This document shows positions 62,900-64,000 of a stretch of 64,000 nt of DNA, piece after piece. The DNA is from Squalus acanthias (Eukaryota), in contig CM059432.1 of the NCBI GenBank assembly GCA_030390025.1, forward strand, positions 118,918,001 through 118,982,000, in the 5' to 3' direction. Both the position numbers and the translations under genes were made by a program. The number at the start of each line of letters is the position of its first letter. Position 1 is the stretch's first letter. The notes under the pieces were generated by a model. That model did no database searches and had not been told where the DNA came from. It was given only the letters and a program-made list of their open reading frames with translations.

Positions 62900-64000
62900 A
62901 CAAGATCACAAGATGATTATGGACAAGGAAAGCCATTTGCCTCTTTTTAGTTTATATATCTAGAAAGACCATTGTGGTTTTCAAATGTTTGTTAAACTAA
63001 TCCAGGGTAATCACCTGCACTGCTCTATCTGGAAGTCCATTCTATGTACTGATCATTCTTTGTGTCAAGAAGAATTTCCTAATATCAGTCCTAAATCAGC
63101 CCTTAATTTGCCTTTCACTAGTTTGCCTGTCCTACTATCGCAATTTAGCTTTAAGTAATTTTCTGAATTGACCTTCTTCATGCCGTTAACGATCTGATAT
63201 GCCTCAATAAGATTACCTCATTGCCACAACCTTTCCAGGCTGAAAAGCCTAAGTTTCTCAAATCTATTCGCATAATTCAGTCCTCTAATATGAGGGATCA
63301 GCCTGTGCTCTCCTCTGCACTGCCTTCAGTTCTTGAATGTGTCTTGAATACTTTCTGGAGCTTAGAAGAATAAGAGGTGATCTCATGGAAACATATAAGT
63401 TTCGGAAGGGGATTGACAGGGTAGATGCTGAGAGGCTGTTTCCCCTGGCTGGAGTGTTCAGGATAAGGGGTCAGCCATTTAAGACTGAGATGAGGAGGAA
63501 TTTCTTCACTCAGAGGGTTGTGAATCTTTCGAATTCTCTGCCCCAGAGCGCTGTGGATGCTGAATCGTTGATTATGTTCAAGGCTGAGATTGATAGATTT
63601 TTGGACTCTAGGGGAATCAAGGGATATGGGGATCGGGTGGGAAAGTGGAGTTGAGGTCGAAGCTCCCCACGATCTTATTGAATGGTGTAGCAGGCTCGAA
63701 GGGCCGTATGGCCTACTCCTGCTCCTAATTCTTATGTTCTTATGTGTCCCCTGTGTCTTAGTGATTAGAACTAGACTCTATTATGGTGCGGTCTGACCAG
63801 TGTTTGAGGATGACTTTATCTGGCTGTTTTAGCTACGTAGTTCAACATCCTATTAACTTTGCTGATTGCTGCTTTGCAGTGGTTGACCATGTTGAGTATC
63901 AAGTCTGCTAAGAAGCCTAGATTTTTTTCAACTTTATCATTAACTATTTCATCCTCATGAGCCTGTTTCCAATCTGCGGGTAGCACCTCTCCGCCCCCCC
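62900..64000 (-). mobile_element. Old CR1 fragment on the minus strand, interrupted by a younger + strand CR1 3' end
   Basis: Degenerate reverse-complement CR1 motifs (TGTGTCAAGAAGAATTTCCT, CCTCTGCACTGCCTTCAG, GGTCTGACCAGTGTTT). Confidence 0.55.
63355..63745 (+). mobile_element. CR1 3' end
   Basis: LELRRIRGDLMETYK..FFTQRVVNL; TTCTTATG tail. Confidence 0.9.

Overview
Vertebrate genomic DNA, most likely from a cartilaginous fish (inferred from the repeat families and a DeuSINE-like core). Nearly all of the window is intron of a + strand NETO1 (neuropilin and tolloid-like 1) gene. Two coding exons are visible: 32759-32987 (second CUB domain) and 60239-60352 (LDLa module), separated by a ~27.3 kb intron. 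The rest is dense, deeply nested repeat DNA: CR1 and L2 LINEs, a second A-tailed CR1/L2-group LINE, a 29/30-bp tandem satellite, a solo LTR, a truncated gag-bearing LTR element, decayed two-gene Harbinger transposons with many GC-rich MITE derivatives, and Penelope-like elements (PLEs). The most notable signals are: (i) five fold-back PLE insertions, each with a 14-bp target duplication, in families carrying minimal hammerhead-ribozyme motifs whose stems covary; (ii) an internal hairpin of about 18 bp kept by compensatory changes across diverged Harbinger MITEs; (iii) a retrovirus-like gag with a CCHC knuckle; (iv) four- to five-level transposon nesting. All calls were made by eye, and repeat boundaries are approximate unless a TSD or TIR is quoted.
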